64,000 nt of DNA from Xanthobacteraceae bacterium. GTDB taxonomy: Bacteria; Pseudomonadota; Alphaproteobacteria; Rhizobiales; Xanthobacteraceae. Where the stretch lies: NCBI GenBank assembly GCA_030037645.1, contig JASHQI010000120.1:7674-71673 (forward strand), in the 5' to 3' direction. Within the stretch, counting starts at the first letter, position 1. Each line of letters opens with the position of its first letter. Below are positions 26,129 through 35,074 of the stretch, piece by piece. Under the pieces are notes generated by a model, which ran no database searches, was not told the DNA's origin, and saw only the letters and a list, made by a program, of their open reading frames with translations. The translations under genes were made by a program, and so were the position numbers.

Positions 26129-28002
26129 GCGGCGACCACCCCGCCCAGATAGGCTTCCTGCACGGCCTTGTTGCCTTTGATCTCTTCCGGCGTGCCTTCG
26201 ACCAGTACGCGGCCTTCCTGCAGCACGGTGACGCGCTCCACCAGTTCGAACAGCGAGTCCATGTCGTGATCGATGATGATCATGGTGCGGCCCTGGCCGA
26301 TCGACTTGAGCAGCTTGACCATCTCGACGCGTTCGCGCGGGCTCATGCCGGCAAGCGGCTCGTCGAGCAAAAGCAGGCTCGGCGAACTCGCCAGCGCCAG
26401 CCCGACTTCGAGGCGGCGTTTCTCGCCGTAGGCGAGCGCCGCCACTGGCCTTTCGGCGCGATCGGTGAGGTTGACCAGCGCCAGCGTGTGCTCGACCTGC
26501 TCGGTCAATCCCGGGATTTTCAACAGGCGGCGGAACAGATCGAGGCGGAACTTGCCGCGCAGCTCGGCCAGCGCCGCAATCGTGACATTCTCGCGCACGG
26601 TCAGTCGCGTGAACAATTGATTGACCTGGTAGCTCTTGGTGAGCCCGAGTTGGCAAACGTCGGTCACGTTCATGCCGGTGATGTCGCGGCCTTCGAACAT
26701 AATGCGGCCGGAGGTCGGTTCGATCTCGCAGGTCAGCATCTTGAAAAACGTCGTCTTGCCGGCGCCGTTCGGTCCGATGATGCCGCGCCGCTCGCCGTGC
26801 CGGACGGAAAAATCGATCGCGCTGTTGGCGACGAGGCCGCCGTAGCGCTTGGTCAAAGCCATCGCCTCAAGGATCAGGCCCGAAAAATCGCCGTTTTGCC
26901 GATGCGCCGCCGGCATCGGCGCCGCGACGGGCGCAGTGGCGATTTCAACGGCGATCGCCTTCTGCTCCTCTTCGACCGTCATCGCGGGCGTCGGAACAGC
27001 TCCCTGCCCCGGCTTTATTGGGGTCGCGACCGGCCGGGTCACCAGCGCGTACAGATTGCTCATGCCGCCGATCAAGCCGCGACGCAGGAAGCAGACCAGA
27101 AGCACGAACACCACGCCGAGCACGAGTTTCCAGGTGGCGCCAAGATGCAGCGTGGTCTGCAGGAAGTCGCTGAGATAGAGCCACACGGTGGCGCCGACCA
27201 GCGGCCCGAACAGCGTGCCGGCACCGCCGATCGCGGTCTGCATCACGAGCTGCCCCGACGTGTCGAACGTAAACGCGTCCGGCGGCATAAAGCCTTGCAT
27301 GATGCCGAGCAACCCGCCGGCAAAGCCCGCATAGGCGGCGGCGATGACGAAGGCGGTGAGCTTGTAGCTGTGGATGTTATGGCCGACGGCGGCTGCGCGC
27401 AGCGGGTTATCGCGGATCGCGCGCAGCACCGCGCCCACCGGCGAGCGGACGATGCGCAGCGCCAGCACCATGCCGACGAAATACCAGAACGCCAGGAAGG
27501 CGTAGAGCGAGGAGTCGCTGTTGAACTGGATCGTGGTGAAGCCGAGTGGCAACGTCGGCGTCGGCACGCCCGGCAAGCCGTTCTCGCCGCCGGTATAGGC
27601 CGAGAGCGGACTGAATTCGACGAAGTAAAACACTTCCGCGATCGCCACCGTGATCATGGCGAAGTAGATGCCGGTGCGGCGCAGCGCGATCAGCCCAACC
27701 AGATAACCAACGAGTGCGGCCGCGATCGTGCCGATGAACACCGCCGTCACCACGTAGGGAAAATTCACGATCGTGAGCAGATAGGCGGCCACCATGCCAC
27801 CGGTGCCGAAGAAGGCGGATTGACCGAAGGACAATAGACCGGTGAAGCCAAACAGAATGTCGAAGCCGATGCCGAACAAGCCCCAAACCAGAATGCGGTT
27901 GATCGTCGATGGTGTGAATCCAAGGTAGGGAAGAATGAACGGCGCCGCGATCAGCCCGGCCGCCATCAGAACCTCGACAAGAAAGGGACGATGCCTGAGC
28001 AT
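26125..28002 (-). CDS. Fused LIV-type ABC permease (LivM-like) and ATP-binding (LivG-like) protein
   Basis: N-terminal permease of about 330 aa, an Ala/Pro-rich linker, then an ABC ATPase (GPNGAGKTT, LAYGEKRRLEV, LLLDEP). The start is taken at MLRHRPF (28002). Confidence 0.8.
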   Translation of the reverse strand: MLRHRPFLVEVLMAAGLIAAPFILPYLGFTPSTINRILVWGLFGIGFDILFGFTGLLSFGQSAFFGTGGMVAAYLLTIVNFPYVVTAVFIGTIAAALVGYLVGLIALRRTGIYFAMITVAIAEVFYFVEFSPLSAYTGGENGLPGVPTPTLPLGFTTIQFNSDSSLYAFLAFWYFVGMVLALRIVRSPVGAVLRAIRDNPLRAAAVGHNIHSYKLTAFVIAAAYAGFAGGLLGIMQGFMPPDAFTFDTSGQLVMQTAIGGAGTLFGPLVGATVWLYLSDFLQTTLHLGATWKLVLGVVFVLLVCFLRRGLIGGMSNLYALVTRPVATPIKPGQGAVPTPAMTVEEEQKAIAVEIATAPVAAPMPAAHRQNGDFSGLILEAMALTKRYGGLVANSAIDFSVRHGERRGIIGPNGAGKTTFFKMLTCEIEPTSGRIMFEGRDITGMNVTDVCQLGLTKSYQVNQLFTRLTVRENVTIAALAELRGKFRLDLFRRLLKIPGLTEQVEHTLALVNLTDRAERPVAALAYGEKRRLEVGLALASSPSLLLLDEPLAGMSPRERVEMVKLLKSIGQGRTMIIIDHDMDSLFELVERVTVLQEGRVLVEGTPEEIKGNKAVQEAYLGGVVAA

Positions 28003-28015
28003 CAGCGGGCCGTGT

Positions 28016-28891
28016 TCATTCGCGCCCGGCGGTGCCGAGCAGCCCGTGGGGACGGAGCACCAGCACAAGCGTCATCGCCACGAACAGCATGACGTACGAA
28101 TAGCCTGGGTCGAACATCGAGGTAATGCTGATGATCTCGCCGGCGATCAGGCCGCCCAGCACGGCGCCCGGAAACGAGCCGACGCCGCCGATGACGACCA
28201 CCACAAAGGTCTGCACCAGGATCGCCTCGCCCACGTCGGGCGCGATTGACACCACTGGCGCGTTGACGATGCCGGCAAAACCCGCCGCCATGGCGCCGAT
28301 GCCGAACACCAGCATGAAGATCCTGTACACGTCGATACCGAGCGAATCGACCATCACCGAATCTTCGATGCCGGCGCGCACGATCATGCCTAGCCGGGTC
28401 CGGTAGAGCACGAAATAAAGCGCCAGCAGCGCCACTGCGACGATGCCAAGGAGCGCGAGCCGATAGGTCGGATAGAACATGAAACCGAGCGAGGTGATGC
28501 CAAGCAGCGGTGGCGGTGGCGGCACCGCCTTCGACAGACTGCCGAAGAAGAACCGCACCGTCTCGACGAAGATGATGCCGAGGCCAAACGTGACGAGGAG
28601 CTGATCCTCGTGCGACCTGGTGTAGAACGAGCGGATGATCAGCCGTTCGGTCACGACGCCGACGACGAGGACGAACAGCGAGCCGGCGATCACCGCGACA
28701 ATGAAGGACCCGGTGTAGTGGTAGGCCATCCAACCGGCATAGCCGCCGAGCATGAACATGGCGCCGTGTGCAAGATTGAGGACGCCGAGCGTGCCGTAGA
28801 TGATCGTCAGCCCTGACGAGATCAGCGCGAGCAGGGCGCCGAGCACCAGCCCGTTGAAGCATTGCGAAATAAAGTTGCCCCAGTTGATCAC
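28016..28891 (-). CDS. livH: LIV-type ABC transporter permease
   Basis: 291 aa, LivH-like TM protein (MINWGNFISQCFNGLVLGALLALI…). Confidence 0.85.
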   Translation of the reverse strand: MINWGNFISQCFNGLVLGALLALISSGLTIIYGTLGVLNLAHGAMFMLGGYAGWMAYHYTGSFIVAVIAGSLFVLVVGVVTERLIIRSFYTRSHEDQLLVTFGLGIIFVETVRFFFGSLSKAVPPPPPLLGITSLGFMFYPTYRLALLGIVAVALLALYFVLYRTRLGMIVRAGIEDSVMVDSLGIDVYRIFMLVFGIGAMAAGFAGIVNAPVVSIAPDVGEAILVQTFVVVVIGGVGSFPGAVLGGLIAGEIISITSMFDPGYSYVMLFVAMTLVLVLRPHGLLGTAGRE

Positions 28892-29067
28892 GCGCGGTTT
28901 CGCAGTTGGTGCATTCGCCTAATGCAGATGACTGGCTTCGCGCCTTACATGCAAGCGGTTTTCCAACACAGACACGCGGCAGAGGGCCGCGCTGGCGGCG
29001 CGGCCCTCCATGGGTGAATGCGAGCCTTCTGCGCGGCGCGGCGGAGAAGGGTCTGCGACAGCGGCCG

Positions 29068-30444
29068 TCAGGTATAGTCGCCGAGAGTGCAGCCGAAGGC
29101 GTCAGGCTTCTGCATCAGCGGCGCGCCGGGATCGACCTCGGTCACCTCCCAGTAGTCCTCGTTGTTCTTCATCGCCTTCGGCGCCTTGCCGCGGACGATG
29201 ATCACCGGACGGACGAGTTGGTGATCTTGCGGGCGGAAATGTACCGGGCCCACTGTCGAGTCAAACGTCTCACCCTTCTCATAGGTTTTGATGACGTCCG
29301 GCGGGTAGAAGGTGCCGGCCTCCGAGACCATGCGCGCCCAGATGGCAAACGACATGTAGGAGTTGTTGGCGCCCCATTCCGGCCGGTAGTTGTATTTTTT
29401 GTAAAAGGCGTCGACGAACATCTTGGCCAGCGGATACTTGTCCTCCAGCGTCCACCAGAAATCGGTTGCCGCGTAGACACCTTCGGTAAGCTCCGGTCCG
29501 ACTTCCTTGGCGAGGAATGGAATCTGGTACGGGATGACCAGCTTCATCTTCGGCAGGATGCCGAATTGCTTCGCTTGCTGGATCGACAGCACGGCGTCGC
29601 GCCCCCAGTTCACGTTGAGCAGGATTTCGGCGCCGGAATTGGCGATGTTGGTGAGATACTGGCTGAAGTCCTGGGTGCCGAGTGGCGAGACCTGGTTAGT
29701 CACCATGGTCCAGCCGCCGTTCTTGCTCAGATAATCGAACGACGATTTGGTCACGGTGTGGCCATAGGTGTAGTCCGGCGTCATCCACGCCGCCTTCCGG
29801 TTCTTGCCGAAGACCTTGATCAGTACGGGGCCAATGGCATTGGCCGCGGTTTCGCCATAGAAGTTCTGGCGGAAGCTATAGCGGACGCAGTCCTTGCCGG
29901 TGGTATCGTTGGAGCCGGAGATGCCGGTGACGTAGAGCACCTTTTCACGCTCGGCGAAGTGATTGAGCGCCACCGCAACCGCGCTCGAAGTCGATCCGGT
30001 CATCAGGATGATTTTGTTCTGATTGATGAAGGTCTGCTCCGCCTGCACCGCATCGTTCGGTTTGGCGCCGCTGTCGGCGACGAGCAGGTTGACCTTCTTG
30101 CCGAGCAGGCCCTTGGTGACCTTCGGCGCAATCTTCTTAAGCAGCGGATCGCCGTTATTGATGTGCTCGACCGCGAGCTGCCAGCCCTTGAGCTCGTCCT
30201 CGCCCGAGGACGCGTAGGTGCCGGTGAGGGGCGTGGCCGCGCCGATGTTGACGGTGTCGCCCTGCGAGCCGGCCGGCCAAGTGCCGAGCGGCGGTTGGTC
30301 TTCGGCGGCTGCCGAGGAAACGAACTCGAAACCCCTTGGACCGCCAACTGAAAGGACGCCGAGACCCAGTCCGGTTGCCGCGGTTTGCTGCAACAGGTGG
30401 CGGCGTGAAAGTGATTTGGAAAAGGGCGTTTTACCGTTGCTCAC
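29068..30444 (-). CDS. Periplasmic substrate-binding protein (type-1 PBP, LIV/amide family) with Tat-like signal
   Basis: The N-terminus has SRRHLLQQTAATGLGLGVLS. The size and composition are typical of ABC substrate-binding proteins. Confidence 0.8.
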   Translation of the reverse strand: MSNGKTPFSKSLSRRHLLQQTAATGLGLGVLSVGGPRGFEFVSSAAAEDQPPLGTWPAGSQGDTVNIGAATPLTGTYASSGEDELKGWQLAVEHINNGDPLLKKIAPKVTKGLLGKKVNLLVADSGAKPNDAVQAEQTFINQNKIILMTGSTSSAVAVALNHFAEREKVLYVTGISGSNDTTGKDCVRYSFRQNFYGETAANAIGPVLIKVFGKNRKAAWMTPDYTYGHTVTKSSFDYLSKNGGWTMVTNQVSPLGTQDFSQYLTNIANSGAEILLNVNWGRDAVLSIQQAKQFGILPKMKLVIPYQIPFLAKEVGPELTEGVYAATDFWWTLEDKYPLAKMFVDAFYKKYNYRPEWGANNSYMSFAIWARMVSEAGTFYPPDVIKTYEKGETFDSTVGPVHFRPQDHQLVRPVIIVRGKAPKAMKNNEDYWEVTEVDPGAPLMQKPDAFGCTLGDYT

Positions 30445-30595
30445 ATTTACCTCCCATTGTCATTGTGTTCCGGCTCACGCCAGAATAACCAGCTTCTCGT
30501 AGCTATTGGCCTAGTTTCCTCCCCATTGATCAAGATTACAAGCTTGTCCAACACTGCGCTTGGTATCTGACACGACTAAGGCGGAGCGCATCTTC

Positions 30596-31693
30596 ATGAC
30601 CGACATGACCATCAAGGACATCCGCACAACGATGCTGCGCGTGCCGTGGCCGCAAAATCCGTGGCTCAAGGGCCATGCTTTTGGCGATGCGCGCAACATC
30701 CTGGCGCTCGACGTAGAGACGAGCGGCGGAATCGTCGGCATGGGGTATCTGTTTCCGTTCCGGCCGATCCTGCGAACCATTCGTTCATGCCTGGAGGAAA
30801 CCGTCATTCCGCGCGTCCTCGGCAAAGATGCAGCCACGATCGAGGCGATTTGGCAGGACTTGTGGCGCTCAAGCACGAATTACGGCCGCGGTGGAATCAC
30901 CACGATGGCGATGTCGCTTCTCGACATTGCGCTATGGGACGCGCTCGGCAAGCGCGCAAATCTGCCGCTGCATCGGCTGTGGGGGCATTTTCGCGCGCAA
31001 TTGCCGGCTTATGGCAGCGGCTGTTTCCGCGGCTCGGGCGGCGACGGCATGATCGCAAAGGCGTTGCACTACAAGGAGCTTGGCTACAAGGCGATCAAGA
31101 TGCAGGTCGCCCACACGGCCGATCTCGCCACCGATCTCGACAATGTCAAACGCATGCGCGAGGCGCTGGGCCCCGACATCGCCATCATGATCGACGTGAA
31201 CATGGGCTGGACCGCCGACATCGCGATCCAGATGGGCCGCAAATTTCAGGACTATGACGTCTACTGGCTGGAGGAACCGGTCAGGGCGGACGATTTCGCG
31301 GGCTATTTGCGCATCGCCGAAGCGCTCGATCTGCGCATCGTCGGTGGCGAATCGCATTTCACACGCTTCGATCTGAGGCCGTTTTTCGAAAATCCGCGCC
31401 TGTCGATCCTGCAGCCCGATCCGATGCGCGGCGGCCTTACCGATTTGCGCAAGACCGCGGCCATCGCCGACACCTGGGGCATGATGATTGCCCCGCACCT
31501 GTTCACCGAATTGAACGTTCAGCTTCTCGCCTCGATCCCGAATGGGCTTTGGATCGAGGATATGGGCCTGACCAACGACCTATGGGTTGATCCCGTGCCG
31601 GTCACAAATGGAATGATCAGGGCGCCGGAGCGGCCCGGACACGGCCTTGCCTTCAGACCCGAGATTCTGCGCGACTGTGCGGTCAAGATTTGA
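30596..31693 (+). CDS. Enolase-superfamily enzyme (mandelate racemase/muconate lactonizing enzyme family)
   Basis: Contains ALWDALGK, KMQVAH, IMIDVNMGW, WLEEP and the overall MR/MLE layout. The ATG at 30596 follows AAGGCGGAG. Confidence 0.8.
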   Translation: MTDMTIKDIRTTMLRVPWPQNPWLKGHAFGDARNILALDVETSGGIVGMGYLFPFRPILRTIRSCLEETVIPRVLGKDAATIEAIWQDLWRSSTNYGRGGITTMAMSLLDIALWDALGKRANLPLHRLWGHFRAQLPAYGSGCFRGSGGDGMIAKALHYKELGYKAIKMQVAHTADLATDLDNVKRMREALGPDIAIMIDVNMGWTADIAIQMGRKFQDYDVYWLEEPVRADDFAGYLRIAEALDLRIVGGESHFTRFDLRPFFENPRLSILQPDPMRGGLTDLRKTAAIADTWGMMIAPHLFTELNVQLLASIPNGLWIEDMGLTNDLWVDPVPVTNGMIRAPERPGHGLAFRPEILRDCAVKI

Positions 31694-31742
31694 GTGGAAT
31701 GAGGAATGGCGCCGTCGTCGAGGCCGCGCGTCTACCGTGCGG

Positions 31743-31772
31743 CAAACAAAAAGGGCCGCCCGATGCGGCCCC
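31743..31772 (-). terminator. Rho-independent terminator (GGGCCGC-N5-GCGGCCC followed by a T-tract on the minus strand)
   Basis: The minus strand reads GGGCCGCATCGGGCGGCCCTTTTTGTTTG, about 65 nt downstream of the 59-aa ORF stop. Confidence 0.6.
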
Positions 31773-31835
31773 GCTATGGACGATCTTTCATTTGTTGAAA
31801 CGTGTCGCGCGGAGATTGTTCCGACGCGTCCGCTG

Positions 31836-32015
31836 CTATTCCCAATTAAAGAAACTCGCGGGCGCGCCATTGTAAATCGTGTTCGTGCCGCTCATCGCCA
31901 CGGTCATCGCGATCATTCCGTAAACTCGCGGCGACAAGAGCTGGTATTCAACGCCGCTCAGCATGATCGCGAGAGTCAAGAGCACGAAGCCGGTCAATTT
32001 CGACATTTTCCACAT
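31836..32015 (-). CDS. Hypothetical 59-aa membrane protein (MWKMSKLTGFVLLTLAIMLSGVEYQLLSPRVYGMIAMTVAMSGTNTIYNGAPASFFNWE)
   Basis: GGAG lies 6 nt before the ATG at 32015; the ORF is open to 32027. There are two hydrophobic segments and mostly G/C-ending codons. A terminator follows. Confidence 0.4.
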   Translation of the reverse strand: MWKMSKLTGFVLLTLAIMLSGVEYQLLSPRVYGMIAMTVAMSGTNTIYNGAPASFFNWE

Positions 32016-32033
32016 GGACCGCTCCATCGCACG

Positions 32034-32162
32034 TCAGTCTGGATTGCACCTGGTCGACGCACCACATTCCTTACGATTTGATAATGGCGTGCCGGGGCCG
32101 CCTTGGATGTGATCGCCAACACAATATTCACTGTCTTTATAAGGTCCTGACATTAAACACAT
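32034..32162 (-). CDS. Candidate 42-aa Cys-containing peptide (MCLMSGPYKDSEYCVGDHIQGGPGTPLSNRKECGASTRCNPD)
   Basis: AAGGAGG lies immediately upstream: 3 nt before the first ATG and 12 nt before the second. The stop is 6 nt before the next ORF. GC3 is only about 43%, against clearly G/C-biased third positions (by eye) in neighbouring genes, so coding status is uncertain. Confidence 0.2.
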   Translation of the reverse strand: MCLMSGPYKDSEYCVGDHIQGGPGTPLSNRKECGASTRCNPD

Positions 32163-32295
32163 TTTCCTCCTTGAGACGCGGCGTTTAAGAGGCCTTGTTT
32201 CCGCCGGCCAGGTGCGGTGCGGCAGGGCTTTCTCACCGTGAGTCGCAGACCAGAACTGATTTGAGCCACCGAAATAGAAATCTGCGGCCGCGCGA

Positions 32296-33183
32296 TTAGT
32301 CGAAGTCGAAAAGGGCCGATGGCGTGTCGACGAGTATTGTCTTCCGCAACGCCTCGTCCGGCGCGTAATCGAGCAGCATGTCGATGAGATCGCCGTCGTT
32401 CGGCATCTGCCCGGGTTCGAAAATTTCCGAATGCGGCCAATCGGTACCCCAAATCACGCGGTCCGGCGCGACCGCTAGATAGGCGCGCGCCATTTTTACG
32501 ATGTCGTCGTAGGCGACACCCCGGGCCAGAAAGCGGTTGGCGCCGTGAATCTTGACCCACACGCGACCGGTCTCAAGCAGCGCGATCATGGCCTTGAACG
32601 CCGGCTGCTCCAGGCCGCCTTTATCGAAATCGATGTCGCCGAAGGTGTCGATGATGACCGGAACCGGAACCTTCAGAATGAGAGCGCTGAGGTCCGCGAT
32701 CGCATCATCGTCGATCTGCAGATCGAGCGCCCAGTTCAGCGGGCTGACGAGGCCGACCATCTGATGAAACAGCGTGGCATTGAATTGATTGCCGTGTTCA
32801 TGGCGCAACGCAATCCGCAGTCCGCGGACGCCCGCAGCGTGCAGGCGCTTGACGTCCACCGGCGTCAGCGTGGCGTCGGCACGGATCATTCCACGCAGCC
32901 GGCCTGATGATTTTTCAATCGCGTCGAGCGTGACCCGGGTGTCGGTGCCATGCGCGCTCGGTTGCACAATGACACCTCGTTCCAAGCCGATGACGCGCGC
33001 AACAGCGAGATAATGCTCGACCGGAGCGGCCGGCGGGGTATAGCGCCGCTTTTCGGAGTACGGGAACAGATGCGGCGGACCCCAAACGTGAAAATGCGTA
33101 TCCCAACTGCCGGGCGGCGCTTTGAGACGTGGCTTTCTCGGATTCGGGTCAGGAGGGAAATTAACGCGAAGATTCGACTGCAC
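32296..33183 (-). CDS. Amidohydrolase_2 family protein (2-pyrone-4,6-dicarboxylate lactonase LigI-like)
   Basis: Contains DTHFHVWGP…, QPSAHGTD and a C-terminal WGTDWPH motif. Confidence 0.75.
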   Translation of the reverse strand: MQSNLRVNFPPDPNPRKPRLKAPPGSWDTHFHVWGPPHLFPYSEKRRYTPPAAPVEHYLAVARVIGLERGVIVQPSAHGTDTRVTLDAIEKSSGRLRGMIRADATLTPVDVKRLHAAGVRGLRIALRHEHGNQFNATLFHQMVGLVSPLNWALDLQIDDDAIADLSALILKVPVPVIIDTFGDIDFDKGGLEQPAFKAMIALLETGRVWVKIHGANRFLARGVAYDDIVKMARAYLAVAPDRVIWGTDWPHSEIFEPGQMPNDGDLIDMLLDYAPDEALRKTILVDTPSALFDFD

Positions 33184-33340
33184 GATCTACATTCCTTTCA
33201 AACATGAAATCGAATCATAGCAATAAACACACGCTGCAATCATCATGACTTCGCTGGACGACCCACAGCTCGGATTTTAGGATGAGGCCGCGCAATTACA
33301 AGCATTCCCTGTAATCACAGGTATTCCAGCAGGAACAGGC

Positions 33341-35071
33341 ATGTCAGAGTCTCGCATATTGCGCGTTACTGCTGTGGCCGATTATGTGTCGAACAGGGAA
33401 TTCGGATCGATCGGAATCTCGCTCCTCGTTGCTGTCTTCGCGTTGCTGGTGCTGCCGCCGGTCGCCTACCTTGTGAAGACGAGTTTCATCGTCGAAGGCC
33501 ACGGCGTCGCGCATCTCGGGCTCGCAAACTATCTCGGCGTTCTCCAGCTCAATCGATGGGCGCTATGGAGAACAAGCATTCTCTATGCCGTTGGCAGTTC
33601 GCTGCTGTCGATTTTGCTTGGGGTGAGTTCGGCGTGGCTGGTGTCGCGGACCAACGCATGGGGGCGACAGGCAGTGATCGTCAGCGCCTTCTTGTCGTTG
33701 TCGATGCCCGTCATCATCAAGGGCATCGGCTGGATTCTGCTGCTCGGCCCCAACACCGGTGTCATCAACGAGCTGCTGCGGCACGCGTTCGGCCTGTCGG
33801 GGACGCCGATCAGGCTCTTCAGTCTGGGCGGCATGATTGCGATTGAAGCGATCCTCTGGGCGCCGGTTGTTTTCCTCCTGATGTTGCCGGCCTGGAGCAA
33901 TATGAATGCGGCGTTGGAGGAAGCCGCCGCTACATCGGGGGCGAGCCGGTTTCAAGTCTTTTTGCGGGTCACGCTGCCTCTCGCATTGCCGAGCATCCTG
34001 TCCGTCTTATTGTTGACCCTCGTGCGGACCCTGGAATCGTTCGAGGTGCCGCTTTTGATCGGAACACCGGGACGATTGGCGACCTTCACCACCGAAATCT
34101 ACGATGCCATGCATCTTGGCTTCTTACCGAGCTATGGGGAAGCCAGCGCCTATGCGGTCTGCCTCATTCTGATCGTGTCCGTGCCGCTATACTTCTCCAA
34201 TCGCGCAACCCGCAGCTCGGAGAAATTTGCCACTCTGGTCGGAAAGAGCATGCGATCGACGCGGATCGATCTCGGGCGTTGGCGATTCGCGGCCGGCGCG
34301 TATCTCGCATTGATGCCGCTTGCGCTTTCTGCGCCGCTCCTCATTCTGCTGTGGGCATCCTTCCTGCCGTTTTATGGCTCCGCGTCGTTGAGCGACATCC
34401 CGAAAATGTCGCTGGTGAATTACCAAGGGATTCTGAGCCAGCCGGAGACTTTCGCCGGCCTGCGCAACAGCTTTGTCGTCGCCACCATCAGCGCGGCCGG
34501 TGTCGCCGGACTGACGTTCCTTGCGGCCTGGATTCTTGTTCGTCGCAGAGAGCGCTCGCGCTGGCTTCTGGAGGCGATCGGATCGTTCCCTTTGGTCATT
34601 CCGGGCGTCGTGCTCGGAACGGCTCTGCTGGTCGAATTCCTCGCTCTGCCGTTCATTCCACTCTACGACACGATCTGGCTGCTCGTGCTCGGTTACATTG
34701 TCCGCTTTTTGCCCTACGGCATGCGTCTGTCCCAGGCCGGAATGCGCAGCCTGCATCACGAGCTGGAAGAGGCCGCCCGGACCTCCGGCTCGTCGTTCGC
34801 CACAACATTGTTGCGGGTCGTTCTGCCGCTCAGCGCGCCGGCCGTGCTCTCGGTCTGGCTCTATGTCTTCCTGAACTCGATCCGCGACCTGTCGCTTCCG
34901 GTCATTCTATCGGGTCCGCAGAACGAACTGATCTCGATCGTCGTCCTTGATTTCTGGCGCGACGGCAAAACTCCGACTGTCGGGGCCATAAGCGTCATTC
35001 TTGCAGTGGTTGCCACAGCCTTCGGGCTCGTTTTCATGAAGTTGATGACGTCGTTTTCGTCAAAAGGCTGA
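33341..35071 (+). CDS. Two-domain ABC importer permease (Fe3+/thiamine-type, FbpB-like)
   Basis: 576 aa with a duplicated 6-TM module carrying EAA-like loops (LEEAAATSGASRFQVF and LEEAARTSGSSFATTL). Confidence 0.8.
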   Translation: MSESRILRVTAVADYVSNREFGSIGISLLVAVFALLVLPPVAYLVKTSFIVEGHGVAHLGLANYLGVLQLNRWALWRTSILYAVGSSLLSILLGVSSAWLVSRTNAWGRQAVIVSAFLSLSMPVIIKGIGWILLLGPNTGVINELLRHAFGLSGTPIRLFSLGGMIAIEAILWAPVVFLLMLPAWSNMNAALEEAAATSGASRFQVFLRVTLPLALPSILSVLLLTLVRTLESFEVPLLIGTPGRLATFTTEIYDAMHLGFLPSYGEASAYAVCLILIVSVPLYFSNRATRSSEKFATLVGKSMRSTRIDLGRWRFAAGAYLALMPLALSAPLLILLWASFLPFYGSASLSDIPKMSLVNYQGILSQPETFAGLRNSFVVATISAAGVAGLTFLAAWILVRRRERSRWLLEAIGSFPLVIPGVVLGTALLVEFLALPFIPLYDTIWLLVLGYIVRFLPYGMRLSQAGMRSLHHELEEAARTSGSSFATTLLRVVLPLSAPAVLSVWLYVFLNSIRDLSLPVILSGPQNELISIVVLDFWRDGKTPTVGAISVILAVVATAFGLVFMKLMTSFSSKG

Positions 35072-35074
35072 CAT

